In this document: piece by piece, positions 13,790 to 24,418 of the stretch
Layout of the letters: each line of letters opens with the position of its first letter
Numbering within the stretch: the first letter of the stretch is position 1
NCBI RefSeq assembly: GCF_006345805.1
Contig: NC_043003.1
Location: 44,144,001-44,208,000 of the forward strand
Source of the DNA: Octopus sinensis
Taxonomy: Eukaryota
Reading direction: 5' to 3'
Length of the DNA stretch: 64,000 nt
Position numbers and translations under genes: made by a program
Notes under the pieces: model-generated
Databases searched by the model: none
What the model was told of the DNA's origin: nothing
What the model saw: only the letters and a program-made list of their open reading frames with translations

Positions 13790-14246
13790 ACATTATTTAC
13801 ATTATTTACATTCGACGGATATTTGTCCTCATCTTCCTTGTTGTTAACACAACGTTTCGGCTGATATACCCTCAAGCCTTCTTCAGGTGTCTTGGGGAGA
13901 TTTCAAACTTGGGTTCTCATTCCTAAGGTATTTCTTCTTTTCTAGGAACAAAGTTAACTTCATATTTGAAAATTATGAATGCCGTTATCTAACTAATATC
14001 GGCCTTTCTGAACTCATGTATAGCTACAGGTTTTGCTATCACAGCATTCTATATTTTTAGTGTGTTACTAATTTTATTTGACATCGGTTTCAAGAAGTGG
14101 ATGCCACGGTTTGAAATTTCCCTAGGTTGAAGGGTATATTAGCCGAAACGTTGTGTTAACAACAAACAAGATGAGGACAAATATCCGTCGAATGTAAATA
14201 ATGTATATTATGTACATAATTCCTCATCTCTTAAATATAGAACTGT
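13790..14246. mobile_element. Non-autonomous Penelope-type element with inverted arms and 12-bp TSD
   Basis: Left arm ~13790-13930 and right arm ~14109-14246 are reverse complements over about 100 bp. Direct repeat ACTAAAGGTTTT at 13778-13789 and 14247-14258. The arm carries a hammerhead motif, as is typical of PLE pseudo-LTRs. Confidence 0.8.
13846..13891 (-). ncRNA. Minimal type-I hammerhead ribozyme motif (canonical core)
   Basis: GACAC-CUGAAGA-A-GGCUUG/AGGGUAUAU/CAGCC-GAA-ACGU-U-GUGUU. Stem I is 5 bp (one G-U), stem II is GGCU(U)G/CAGCC, stem III is the palindrome ACGU, and the cleavage triplet is GUU. Confidence 0.8.
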
Positions 14247-14939
14247 ACTAAAGGTTTTGTGATCGAATATAACGTTTATTGATGCAATGACGTTTCCAGA
14301 CAACTCCTAATGCTTGGATGAGGCCTTCAATGTTAAATCAACAGAGTTTGTATCGGTTATCATATATTGGTGTTTCTCCCGCGTCTCTGTTCCTTTTGTG
14401 CGTCAGAATCTGGCTGCTATTTTATGTCCCTAGATTGCAAACGCATCACATTCAAAGTGTGTGTCAGTGGTCCGGTTGTTAACCCAGGTTAGACTTATTT
14501 GATTACTAATGCTTAGTTTCCTGCTTACATACACACATTTCACACGATGATATGTTGCTGAAGATCAGTGACAATTGTTTGGGCATTCACTCAATCTTAT
14601 TAGACAAGGAATAATTTTCGACGAGCTTCTATCCAAATCTTGATATTGCAACTGCCTTGCGTATACAAATATCATCAGTCAACGCATTTGACAATTAGCA
14701 GTTAAATGATGTATCCGATGGGATACAATGTGAAATTCAAAAGCTGTGTGGAGCTATGTTTTAATTACAGGTGGTCTACAGCTGATGTGAAAATTGTATG
14801 TGCTGGTCAGCATATTCCTGATTCGATATCAGTGCCTCGGTTCTCGTTCAGCTACCTAGTCAGTATGTACGTATATATTTGAGTACGTATGTATGTTTGC
14901 ATGCATGTGAGTATATATATATATATAGACAAGCACGTA

Positions 14940-15056
14940 CAGGCTGATTCAAAAGTCGCCATACGTAATAATTAATTTTTTATAAGCAACAGTTTGTTTA
15001 ACTGTTTCTTGTAAAAATAATTTTTTTCTATGTATGGTAACTTTTGAATCACCCTG
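14940..15056. mobile_element. Tc1/mariner-type MITE (~117 bp)
   Basis: Terminal inverted repeats CAGGCTGATTCAAAAGTCGCCATAC and GTATGGTAACTTTTGAATCACCCTG, flanked by TA on both sides. Confidence 0.85.
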
Positions 15057-15296
15057 TATATACACACACACACGCATATATATACATGCGTATATAATAG
15101 CGTGCGTGTGCGTTGATAAATAGGGTGTTTTTTTTCTCTACTAACGTCATTCTAAAAACGACTGTGTTCAAAGGCAAACTATTATTTATAAAGAAATTAT
15201 CATATTCTCCAATTTGCCCTCTAATTTCATTTGCAGTAATAGCGTTCCTAAGGACATAAACAATTTTAAACGTAATGAGTAGTATCGTCTACTTAG

Positions 15297-15297
<1 letters not shown>

Positions 15298-15382
<85 letters not shown>
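15298..15382. repeat. Long (TG)n microsatellite
   Basis: Direct reading. Confidence 0.95.
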
Positions 15383-15385
<3 letters not shown>

Positions 15386-15883
15386 AGTGTGTTTCGGAGA
15401 TGTATTTGTCAGACAATTGAATTGATCGGAAACTCTATATTGAAATAAAAATCATAACAGTTTGAAAGACAAATATTAATAATTGAAACGCACACAGGCC
15501 CTCTTAACTTCACTTCAATATTTCCTTTTTTGATGTCAAACATTATTTAACACATTGTGACAGTCACTGGCACGATTCAAACGTATTTAGTTTGAGGTGA
15601 GGGTATTAAACATCTACCGGTTTCAGGATTAGAAATAGAACTTTTATCTCTATGGGCCAATCTTTAAAGTTATCACTGCCTAATATTTGGTCTATTAACA
15701 AAGTATTTCTTCGTAATTTACTAAGTTTTTTCAGTTCTCCATTCTTTGAGTTATGGGTATTCTTTCGGTATTGTATAGAAGAGCAAGTCAGAAATGATCT
15801 CAAAGAGAACATATCAGTCTTTGACTATGGAATCCTGACCAGTTAACATATGTATATGCAGGATAATATACTGGAAACAACAA

Positions 15884-15928
15884 CAGTAGTAGTAGTAGTA
15901 GTAGTAGTAGAGTAGTAGTAGTAGTAGT

Positions 15929-15975
<47 letters not shown>

Positions 15976-16004
15976 ATAGTAGTAGTAGTAGTAGTAGTAG
16001 TAGC
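15884..16004. repeat. (GTA)n microsatellite
   Basis: Direct reading. Confidence 0.95.
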
Positions 16005-16756
16005 AGCTGCAGCAGTAGTCAGAGCTGGATGAGGATGTGGTGGAGGGAGATTTTAGATAGCCTTAGGGGTGATAGCAGCAGAAGCAGTAATGAAAGTAGC
16101 GGTAACAGTAATTCTGACTGCAGCAGCCGAAATGAAAGTAGCTCCTATGGAGGTGGAGTGGAAAAAAATATATGCATATATTTTTCAACTAGATAATACT
16201 AGATGTGTGTGTAGGTGTGTCCGTGTATGTCCCTGTGTGTGTGACTTTGTATACGTCCTTTGTGTATGCCTTTGTCTTTTTTTTTTAGCCAGTAATTGCT
16301 TGTTTTCATATTTGTCCTTAAATTGATATTTGGTATTCATATTCAGTCGATTTCCAGTATCGTGCTATCTTCAATAATCTTAAGCAGGAACATTTGAACT
16401 CACCGCTTTCTCACTTAAAAATACATTGACGGACAATTCAAATTGAAATCTATCGATTTCACTCCTTATTTTTCACTTCTGCGCTTTCTTCTTCAAATTA
16501 CTTTCTTTTTTTTGTTTCCCTTTTTTTCCTTACTGTTTCCCTTTTGATGCTTATGCTGTCGGTGGTTTATGTGTCTTTGTAGTTCATTTCATTCACATTG
16601 CTTCTTATCTCTTTCTACTTCAGTGTGTTCTTATTCTCCTTTATCGATTGCTACTTTGTACCTATTCTAGAAAGGAGTATCATCATCATCATCATCACCA
16701 TCATTATTATTATTATTATTATTACTATTATTATTATTATTACTATTATTATTATT

Positions 16757-17166
16757 CTTTTACTCATTTACTAGTTTCAGTCATTTGACTGTGGCCATGG
16801 TGGAGCACCGCCTTTAGTCGAGCAAACCGACACCATGCCTTATTTTTGGAACTTATTCTATCCGTCACTTTTGCCGAACCTCTAATTTACGCGGACGTAA
16901 ACACACCAGCATCAGTTGTCAAGCTATGTTGGGGGTGGGGCAAACACAGACACACAAAGATATACACACACGTACATATAAATATATATATACATACATA
17001 TTTACGACGGGCTTCTTTCAGTTTCCGTCTTCCAAATCCACTCGCAAGGCTTATGTCGGTCCGAGGCTATAGTGGAAGACAATTTCCAAAGGTGCCACGC
17101 AGTGGACTGAACCCGGAACCATGTGGTTCGTAAGCAAGCTACTTACCATACAGCCACTCCTACGCC

Positions 17167-17167
<1 letters not shown>
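16757..17167 (-). mobile_element. Full-length tRNA-derived SINE family A (CORE-like) inside (ATT)n
   Basis: The reverse complement reads GGCGTAGGAGTGGCTGTATGGTAAG (A-box region)...GGTTCCGGGTTCAGTCCCA (B-box)...GGCACCTTTGGAAATTGTCTT (CORE-like), then an internal TA/TG tract and tail GAGTAAAAG(AAT)n. Three other copies lie in the window. Confidence 0.9.
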
Positions 17168-17214
<47 letters not shown>

Positions 17215-17242
17215 CATTATTATTATTATTATTATTATTATT

Positions 17243-17562
17243 CAGTAGTTTTATTTTTATAGCGTGCTTTCACTTCACTACCGAGCGCAGCTCTGTGTGC
17301 CTTGGGTATGTGCTGTGATTTGTTGTGATGCTCTGATGGTTATTGTATAGAAAGTGTTCTGCGTAGGATGTGTGCAGTGCCTAGTAGTGCAATTTTCTGT
17401 ATGTTATATGTGTTTGTAAGTCCTGGTGTTTTTGTTATGTATTTGTCTGAATATTTTTTTATCATGCCTAATGCACCAACTATGATAGGAATTGTTTCTG
17501 TTTTCAGGTTCCACATTCTAGTTACCTCTATTTCCAGGTCTTTGTATTTTGAGAGTCTCTCC
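17243..17562 (-). mobile_element. 5'-truncated 3' end of an R4/Dong element (copy 1)
   Basis: Translates to KYKDLEIEVTRMWNLKTETIPIIVGALGMIKK...IQKIALLGTAHILRRTLS, followed by a 3' UTR ending in (AAT)n. (ATT)n lies on both sides. Confidence 0.9.
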
Positions 17563-17573
17563 TATTATTATTA

Positions 17574-17645
<72 letters not shown>

Positions 17646-17669
17646 ATTATTATTATCATTATTATTATT

Positions 17670-18203
17670 CAGTTGTTTTATTGTTATAGTGTGCTTTTAT
17701 AGTGTGGAAAGTGTTCTGCGTAGGATGTGTGCAGTGCCTAGTAGTGCAATTTTCTGTATGTTATATGTGTTTGTAAGTCCTGGTGTTTTTGTTATGTATT
17801 TGTCTGAATATTTTTTTATCATGCCTAATGCACCTACTGTGATAGGAATTGTTTCTGTTTTTAGATTCCACATTCTGGTTACCTCTATTTCCAGGTCTTT
17901 GTATTTTGAAAGTTTTTCCATTTCTTTTAGAGACACGTTGTCATCTGCCGGTATTGATATATCAATTAGAAAGCACTTTTTCCTTCCTGATCTCTGACAA
18001 CTATATCTGGTCTGTTGGCCTTAATTTCTCTATCTGTGTGTATCGGCATATCCCAGAGTATGGTTGCTTTCTCGTTTCCTGTGACCTGTTCTGGTGTGTG
18101 CCTATACCATCTTTTTTCTGTTGCTATTCCATAATGTTGGCATAGTTTCTAGTGTATGTAGGTTCCAACTCAATCATGTCTGTGAATATATTCCTTCTTA
18201 GCC
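17670..18203 (-). mobile_element. 5'-truncated 3' end of an R4/Dong element (copy 2, longer)
   Basis: RHD..WYRHTPEQVTGNEKATILWDMPIHTDREIKANRP..CFLIDISIPADDNVSLKEMEKLSKYKDLE (RLE endonuclease region). ORF track 17697..17936. Flanked by (ATT)n. Confidence 0.9.
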
Positions 18204-18250
<47 letters not shown>

Positions 18251-18274
18251 TTCTTCTTCTTCTTATTATTATTA

Positions 18275-18310
<36 letters not shown>

Positions 18311-18311
18311 T

Positions 18312-18490
18312 AAAAGGTGATGTGACAAAATCGTCAAAACGTGGAACAAAATGATTGGCATGTTTTGCTGAGCTCTTTAGGATCTGAATTCAAATAGCAC
18401 TGAGATAAACTTTGCAATTGATTGTTTCGGGGTCGAGCATAGGATTGATATAATACACTAATCTCGTCCCCACTCAAGCTGCTGGCTTTC
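18312..18490 (+). mobile_element. Degenerate SINE family B
   Basis: TCTGAATTCAAAT..ACTTTGC..TTTCGGGGTCGA resembles the full copy at 51245-51463. Confidence 0.5.
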
Positions 18491-18766
18491 TACCGTGCTT
18501 TTGGTGCCGATAGTGTCCGAAATTTCTCGGGTTCATTGATGTAATAAAGGAGAAATTCCAAGTCGGAGTTTATCATTAGGTCTGCAGCATACATCGGCTC
18601 ACATTTTTAATACTATATATACTTTTATCTAATATTCTTCTTTTCTTTTCTTTAGCTTCTGTTGATGCCCCAGTAGCAAATAAAATAAATACTCATAAAT
18701 ACTCATCTTCATCCACTTTATCATAATCATTTATATATGTTGTTGTTATTATTTCTATTATTATTT

Positions 18767-18930
18767 AGGTGTAGGAGTGGCTGTGTGGTAAGTAGCTTGC
18801 TTACCAACCACATGGTTCCGGCTTCCAAAAAACTGCGTGGCACCTTGTGCAAATGTCTTCAACTATAGCCTCGGGCCGTCCAAAGCCTTGTGGGTGGATT
18901 TGGTATACGGAAATTGAAAGAAGCCCGTCG

Positions 18931-18992
<62 letters not shown>

Positions 18993-19228
18993 GGTATGTA
19001 TGTGTATGTATATGTTTGTGTCTCTGTGTTGTCCCCCCAACATCACTTGACAACAGATGGTGGTGTGTTTACGTCCCCGTAACCTAGCGGTGCGGCAAAG
19101 GGGAACCGAAAGAATAAGTACTACGCTTACAGAAAGTAAGTCCTGGGGTCGATTTGCTCGATCGACTAAAAGCGGTGATCCAGCATGGCCACAGTCAAAT
19201 GATTGAAACAAGTAAAAAAAAAAAAGAG
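18767..19228 (+). mobile_element. Full-length SINE family A
   Basis: AGGTGTAGGAGTGGCTGTGTGGTAAGTAGCTTGC...GCACCTTGTGCAAATGTCTT...(TA)n...CAGCATGGCCACAGTCAAATGATTGAAACAAGTAAAA. Confidence 0.9.
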
Positions 19229-19496
19229 TTGCTGTTGTCATTATTGTTGTGGTTTTACCTCTCAGTGTGCTCGATCTTGTTTGCTCATTTTGTGACAGCG
19301 GACAGTATCATGCTGTCAGAGGCCTCACATGTGTTTTTTTTCGGACATGCTAAGCTTTGATATTTGGTTGTTAATTATGGTGAATGATAATCAGTACCCA
19401 AGTACCAAGCTGAAAAACCTAGCAGTTCGCAACAGCGCAGTTTTCTGGGCTTGCACTACAAGCATATCAATTCCGAAATTTCTCGAAATCTGTTGT

Positions 19497-19567
<71 letters not shown>

Positions 19568-19651
19568 ATGCTGCTGCTGATGATTATGATGTCTCTACTG
19601 CTGCTGCTGCTGCTACTACTACTTCTACTACTACTACTACTACTACTACTA

Positions 19652-19711
<60 letters not shown>
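19497..19711. repeat. (CTA)n/(CTG)n compound trinucleotide repeat
   Basis: Direct reading. Confidence 0.95.
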
Positions 19712-20110
19712 GGTTGGCTAAATCACTAGAACACCGAACAAAAATGATTAGCAGTATTTCGTCCGTCTATACGTTGTGGATTCAAATTCTTCTGACATCG
19801 ACCTTATCTTTAATCTTACGGTATCGATGAAAGAAATGCCAGTTGATCAATCGGGTTTTAGCCAACATTTAAACATATTCTTACTATTATTATCATTATT
19901 ATTATTATTATTATTGTTGTTGTTGTTGTTGTGGTGGTGGTGGTTGTTGTTGTTGTTGTTCTATGTTCCAATTTCGCCGATGTCGCCTTTGCCATTCATC
20001 CACTCGGGTTCGATTAAATTAGTACCAGTTATGCACTGCGATCGACGTAATCGACTTAATCGTTTCACCCTAATTTGAGTCCCTGTGCTTCCATTAGAAC
20101 AAAAAAATTA
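19712..20110 (+). mobile_element. Two degenerate SINE family B pieces separated by (TTA)(TTG)(TGG) repeats
   Basis: GTATTTCGTCCGTC..TTCAAATT (19712-19860) and GTCGCCTTTGCCATTCATCC..AGTACCAGTT..GTAATCGACT (19960-20110). Confidence 0.6.
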
Positions 20111-20118
20111 TTATTGTT

Positions 20119-20312
20119 AAGGCAGCGAGCTGGCAGAACGCTTAGCGGCATTTCGTCCGTCTCTACGTTCTGAGTTGAAATTACATCAAGGTCGACTTTG
20201 CCTTTCATCCTTTCGGTGACGATAAACTAAGTACCAGTGAAACACCGGAGTCGATACAATCGACTAGTCCCCTCCCCAAAAATTCAGGCCTTGTATCTTG
20301 AGCGGAAATGAA
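20119..20312 (+). mobile_element. SINE family B, near full-length
   Basis: AAGGCAGCGAGCTGGCAGAA..ACGTTCTGAGTTGAAATT..GGTCGACTTTGCCTTTCATCCTTTCGG..CCCCTCCCCAAAAATTCAGGCCTTG. Confidence 0.85.
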
Positions 20313-22000
20313 TAATATTGTTGTTGTTTTTGTTGTTGTCAATACTGTTGTTTTGTCGAGTGTATATTAAAGTTATAATCTTTTGTGGTGACGGGTCCCG
20401 AAGATTTGTTAAGTTTTGTTGAAAAAATATGTGTAGTGCTGTGAATTTCTTTTAAAATTTTAGAAAAGGAACGCTACTTTAGTTTGTATTCCAAAAGAAA
20501 AAAAAGAAAATAATTGTATAATGATAATTGTTCTCGTTTAGTTTTTATCTCTAGTTTGTTGCAATTATTCATACAATAATGGATACAAAAAATTCAACGA
20601 AGCCAAACCAGAATGGTTGTATGAAGCAGTGCTTCTAAAATTGCGACTACAGCAAAAATAGCAGTAAAAAACAATACTAATAACAACAAAAATAACAATC
20701 ACGATAACAGCAAAGAAAGAACGGACGCAATACTAAGGACAACATTTTAAACTGAACACTAATAAAGGCAACAACAGCCGCAAAAGCAGCATGTACAACA
20801 GTGGCAGCTGCAGAAATGACAGGGAAACTGAAAGTAATGACAGAAACCCAACTACTGGCAGAAACAAAGAGCAGCAGCGGGAACGACATCGATAGAAATA
20901 TATAATTTTTTGCTGCTGGCATTGTAGTGAAGTAAGCCAATTATTTCTTTTTCTTCTAGACAAGATGTACGTCTGGCCCAAGTGGTGCGGCTTATTCAAC
21001 TGCCCACTGGAGTTGAGCTGCGAGTTACTACTATTGAGGGGAGATGACCCACTGTCACTTGCATGATACAGAAAACCACTGAAGAGCTTTCTGTCCTACA
21101 GGAAAAGCAAAAGAATTTAGAGCATCACTGCCGAAACTAAAGTCCCAAGAACAGCAGAAGGCTGCAGTAGTAACAGCAGTAACATCTTCAACATTGGCAG
21201 CACTGAGTACAGGAAAAAAAATACAACAAGCATGGCGAAACCAACAACAATATCAATTACAGTAGCAACAACACAAACTACAACAGTAGCTGTACCATAG
21301 ATGAGGCAGCACCACTAACACCAACAGGGGAAGTAAGGCTAGAAACAGCAACAATACCACTCACAACAACAGAGCCATATCAACAGAACCCCAAACCATT
21401 TCAATTTATATCCATTCATCTTTTCTTTACTCTCCCTCACCCCACACGTCTTTGAAACACAATCTCACACGTTGAAACAAAACAGAACCCCCACAACCAA
21501 ACTCGTCGCATCTTAACGACGTGGAAAACTCACCTTCGAGTAGGGTCAACTAAGAAAATCAAGCGAAGAAAGTTATAATAAAAATTTCAATTTACCTTTC
21601 AGCTGACTGCTAATTAAAGACGTTACCTCTTTTAAAACTGTGCTTTGAATAACAAGATTTCAAGAATCTTTTTTCTTTGATAGTATTTGCCCCAAATGAC
21701 AAGAAACACGAAATGAACAAATCCAGCGGGCGCTTCTTTATTTAAACAACAATCATATAACACAAAATTATTAATGCAGAAAATGTGTCTAGATATGCGG
21801 ATAACATGAAACTTACAGAGAAAATTCAAATACATGTACTTAGAACGAAGAAAATTAATAATTGTTGTTGATATGAAAATCGTCAGCACCGTCGTCGTCG
21901 TCGTCACCATTATCATCATCATAATCATCATCATCATCATCTTCCTCATCATCCTCGTCGCCGTCGTTGTTGTTCTATTAAGATTATTATTGCAACAAAC

Positions 22001-22212
22001 TGGTGAACTAGCAGAGTCTGTACCGCACAGGACAAAATGCTTAGCGGTCGTTCGCCTATCTTTATGTACTGAGTTCAAATTCCGTCGAGGTCTACTTTGC
22101 CTTTCATTCTTTCGGGATCGATAAATTAAGTGTCAGTTGCGTACTGAAGTCGATCTAATCGACTGGGCTCTTGTCCAAAAATTTTGGGCCTTGCGTCTAG
22201 AGTAGAAAAGAA
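22001..22212 (+). mobile_element. SINE family B, near full-length
   Basis: CTGAGTTCAAATTCCGTCGAGGTCTACTTTGCCTTTCATTCTTTCGGGATCGAT...CTAGAGTAGAAAAGAATA. Confidence 0.85.
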
Positions 22213-22333
22213 TAATTGCTGTTGATATAATCACCATCGTCGTCGTCGTCGCCGTTGTTATCATTATCATCGTTATCATCATTGTCGTCGTCGTGGTTGT
22301 TCTTCTTCTATTAAGGCTGTTATTGGAAGAATA

Positions 22334-22545
22334 ATGAGCTGGCCGAATCGTTGCCGCAACGGGGAAAATGCGTAGCGACATTTCGTCTATCTCATGCTCT
22401 GAGTTCAAATTTCGCCGAAGTCGACTTGAGGTGTTAAACTTTCGGGATCGATGAAATAAGTGCCAGATGAACAGTTGGGTCGATGTAATCGACTGGCGCC
22501 TTCCCTCGAAGGTGCTAGCCTTGTGTCAAAATTTGAAACCAAAAA
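22334..22545 (+). mobile_element. SINE family B, degenerate
   Basis: GAGCTGGCCGAATCG..AAATGCGTAGCGACATTTCGTC..CTGAGTTCAAATTTCGCCGAAGTCGACT. Confidence 0.75.
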
Positions 22546-22599
22546 TAGTCTCAGAAGATATAATGCATTTAGGAGACAACAAACCTCTTCAGATCTTAA

Positions 22600-22850
22600 G
22601 AATCTCTGTTTTTTAGCATTCTTACGGTATACAGGATGGTATATTTCTACAATTCAACATCACTATCCCATTTCACTATCTTTTGAGCTCTTAGTATTTG
22701 TGTTGTACCAAACTAACACTGTACCACAAGAAGAAATGTCAACTACGTCTCCAACAATTTCCTCCTTGCTGTGTCTAGGTTCGGATATTTTTATATTTTC
22801 TCAATTTCTAGCGTATGGACTCCATTTTCCCTTATCATATAGTAATTCAA
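22600..22850 (-). mobile_element. Possible very degenerate R4/Dong 3' fragment
   Basis: Minus-strand LEIEKI*KYPNL weakly resembles KEMEKLSKYKDL. It abuts a trinucleotide tract. Confidence 0.3.
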
Positions 22851-22998
22851 TCATCATCATCATCATCATCATCATCTTCTTCTTCTTCTTCTTCTTCTTC
22901 TTCTTCTTCTTCTTCTTCTTCTTCTTCTTCTTCTTCTTCTTCCACTTCTTCGTCTTCTTCTTCATCATCCTCTTCTTCTTCTTCTTCTTCTTCTTCTT

Positions 22999-23089
<91 letters not shown>

Positions 23090-23090
23090 A
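22851..23090. repeat. Compound (ATC)n(TTC)n(ATT)n(AGT)n repeat
   Basis: Direct reading. It produces the poly-F/K/S ORFs. Confidence 0.95.
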
Positions 23091-23639
23091 TGCATGACAC
23101 CGAAGAAATTCAGCTTGTTGCAATGTGAAAGTTTTGAGCAAGCGTAACTGAAGAAAAATGTATCTTTTCAAATATTTCCTTCAGATAAAGCTTCTGGAAC
23201 AGTTGTGGATATCTCTACCATGCAGGGAGGAAAAAATGTTTTCTAAAGATTAATTTTTGTGTTACTATTCAACCTAAAAATGGCTACCGCTAAACAGAAA
23301 GATAACCCCTGCTGAAAATTTTCAATTGAAACCAGTAGTAAAGAAAGTAAACAAAATGGTCAATTTAATCACACAGCATGATGTAAATATTTTACAAGAA
23401 GATGGAAAAAACGAGTTTTGCCAAAAATCACTAATATTGAAGTAGACTTGCGTTTCGCTACGAAAAGACAACGACAAAACGTAAACTACAATGTACGTTC
23501 GTAAACATTTCCTTCGCCTTGCGTCAATAACAACGTCTGTCACACACGCTTTTCCCCATGCTAATGAATGAAATTTAAAACAGGGAAGCAGGAAATGTGT
23601 TTCGAGCCTTCCATGTTCCACAAAATCTATGTCAAACAA

Positions 23640-23850
23640 ACAATATGTTGATTCGCTAGCCTCTGCACGCATTTTTTTTTCTCTCCTTGTTTCTTTCTGT
23701 GTTTCTTTTCTGTGTATCTTTCTGTTGAAGAGCGTAGGCTCGAAACGTAAAAGACTTGTTTTATTTATATTCCTGAGCGCCATACTAATACAATTGTTTG
23801 TTTATATTCCACCTGCCTTCGTCTTTTGTTTATTTTCATAAAGCTTCCCG
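23640..23850 (+). mobile_element. Penelope-type short repeat (family 2) abutting (TA)n
   Basis: Reverse-complement homolog of 62271-62450. Carries a hammerhead-like motif and ends at (TA)n (23852-23873). Confidence 0.7.
23717..23754 (+). ncRNA. Minimal hammerhead-like motif, U6 core variant
   Basis: UCUUU-CUGUUGA-A-GAGC/GUAG/GCUC-GAA-ACGU-A-AAAGA. Stem I (5 bp) and stem II (4 bp) are perfect, stem III is palindromic, triplet GUA. The normally invariant A6 is U. Confidence 0.6.
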
Positions 23851-24274
23851 TTATATATATATATATATATATATGTTATCAGGCGGACTAAAGCATTGCA
23901 TGTTACAATTGTGTGACATTAGGAAGAATGTAAATACCACAAATTGTTATCGGACACAAAGTAAAAAGAAGAAATAAAATTCTCACTGAATCTGAAACTA
24001 CTTATGATATTTCTTTTCATGTAAATGAGAGTGTTTTTGCAGGCAGCTTAAAGCAAATGTATGGAGAAAGATAGTGAAATATCTAAACGGAGAAGAAGGT
24101 ATTAAAAATATAGACTTGGTTCACTGTAACCTGTTCTTGAACCTGGTGCCAAAATATATGGATGACTAACAACATGTGTATTTCTTAAAATAACAGTAGT
24201 TCTTACGATGATCCTTATAACATAGTCACTGTAGTAGCACTGATATGCTTCAATCTCAACACCATACTAAACAG

Positions 24275-24418
24275 GTGGCGTCGACTTTGTTGAATCTAAA
24301 TTGATAGAGAGATTGGTGGCTACGGGAAATGCGTATAAAATGAGTATCAGTCGCGTACTAGGACCAACTGCCTCCCGCCAACAATTTCAGGCCTTGTGCT
24401 TATTGTAGAAAGATTTAC
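24275..24418 (+). mobile_element. Degenerate SINE family B 3' part
   Basis: GTCGACTTTG..AGTATCAGTCGCGTACT..AATTTCAGGCCTTGTGC..GTAGAAAGA. Confidence 0.45.

Noticed and set aside
17368-17997. 209-aa plus-strand ORF with an internal duplication
   Set aside because: It is the antisense shadow of two tandem R4 3' ends joined through (ATT)n.
18555-18605. GVYH...YIGS resembling a GIY-YIG motif
   Set aside because: Needs a stop and a frameshift within 15 codons, with no supporting flanks.
20960-21060. Strong acceptor TTTCTTTTTCTTCTAG followed by short open frames
   Set aside because: All frames close within 35 codons and none is recognisable.
22460-23128. 222-aa ORF
   Set aside because: It is built from a SINE tail, an antisense LINE remnant and trinucleotide repeats.
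23322-23783. 153-aa minus-strand ORF
   Set aside because: It starts inside the family-2 repeat and shows no recognisable domain.
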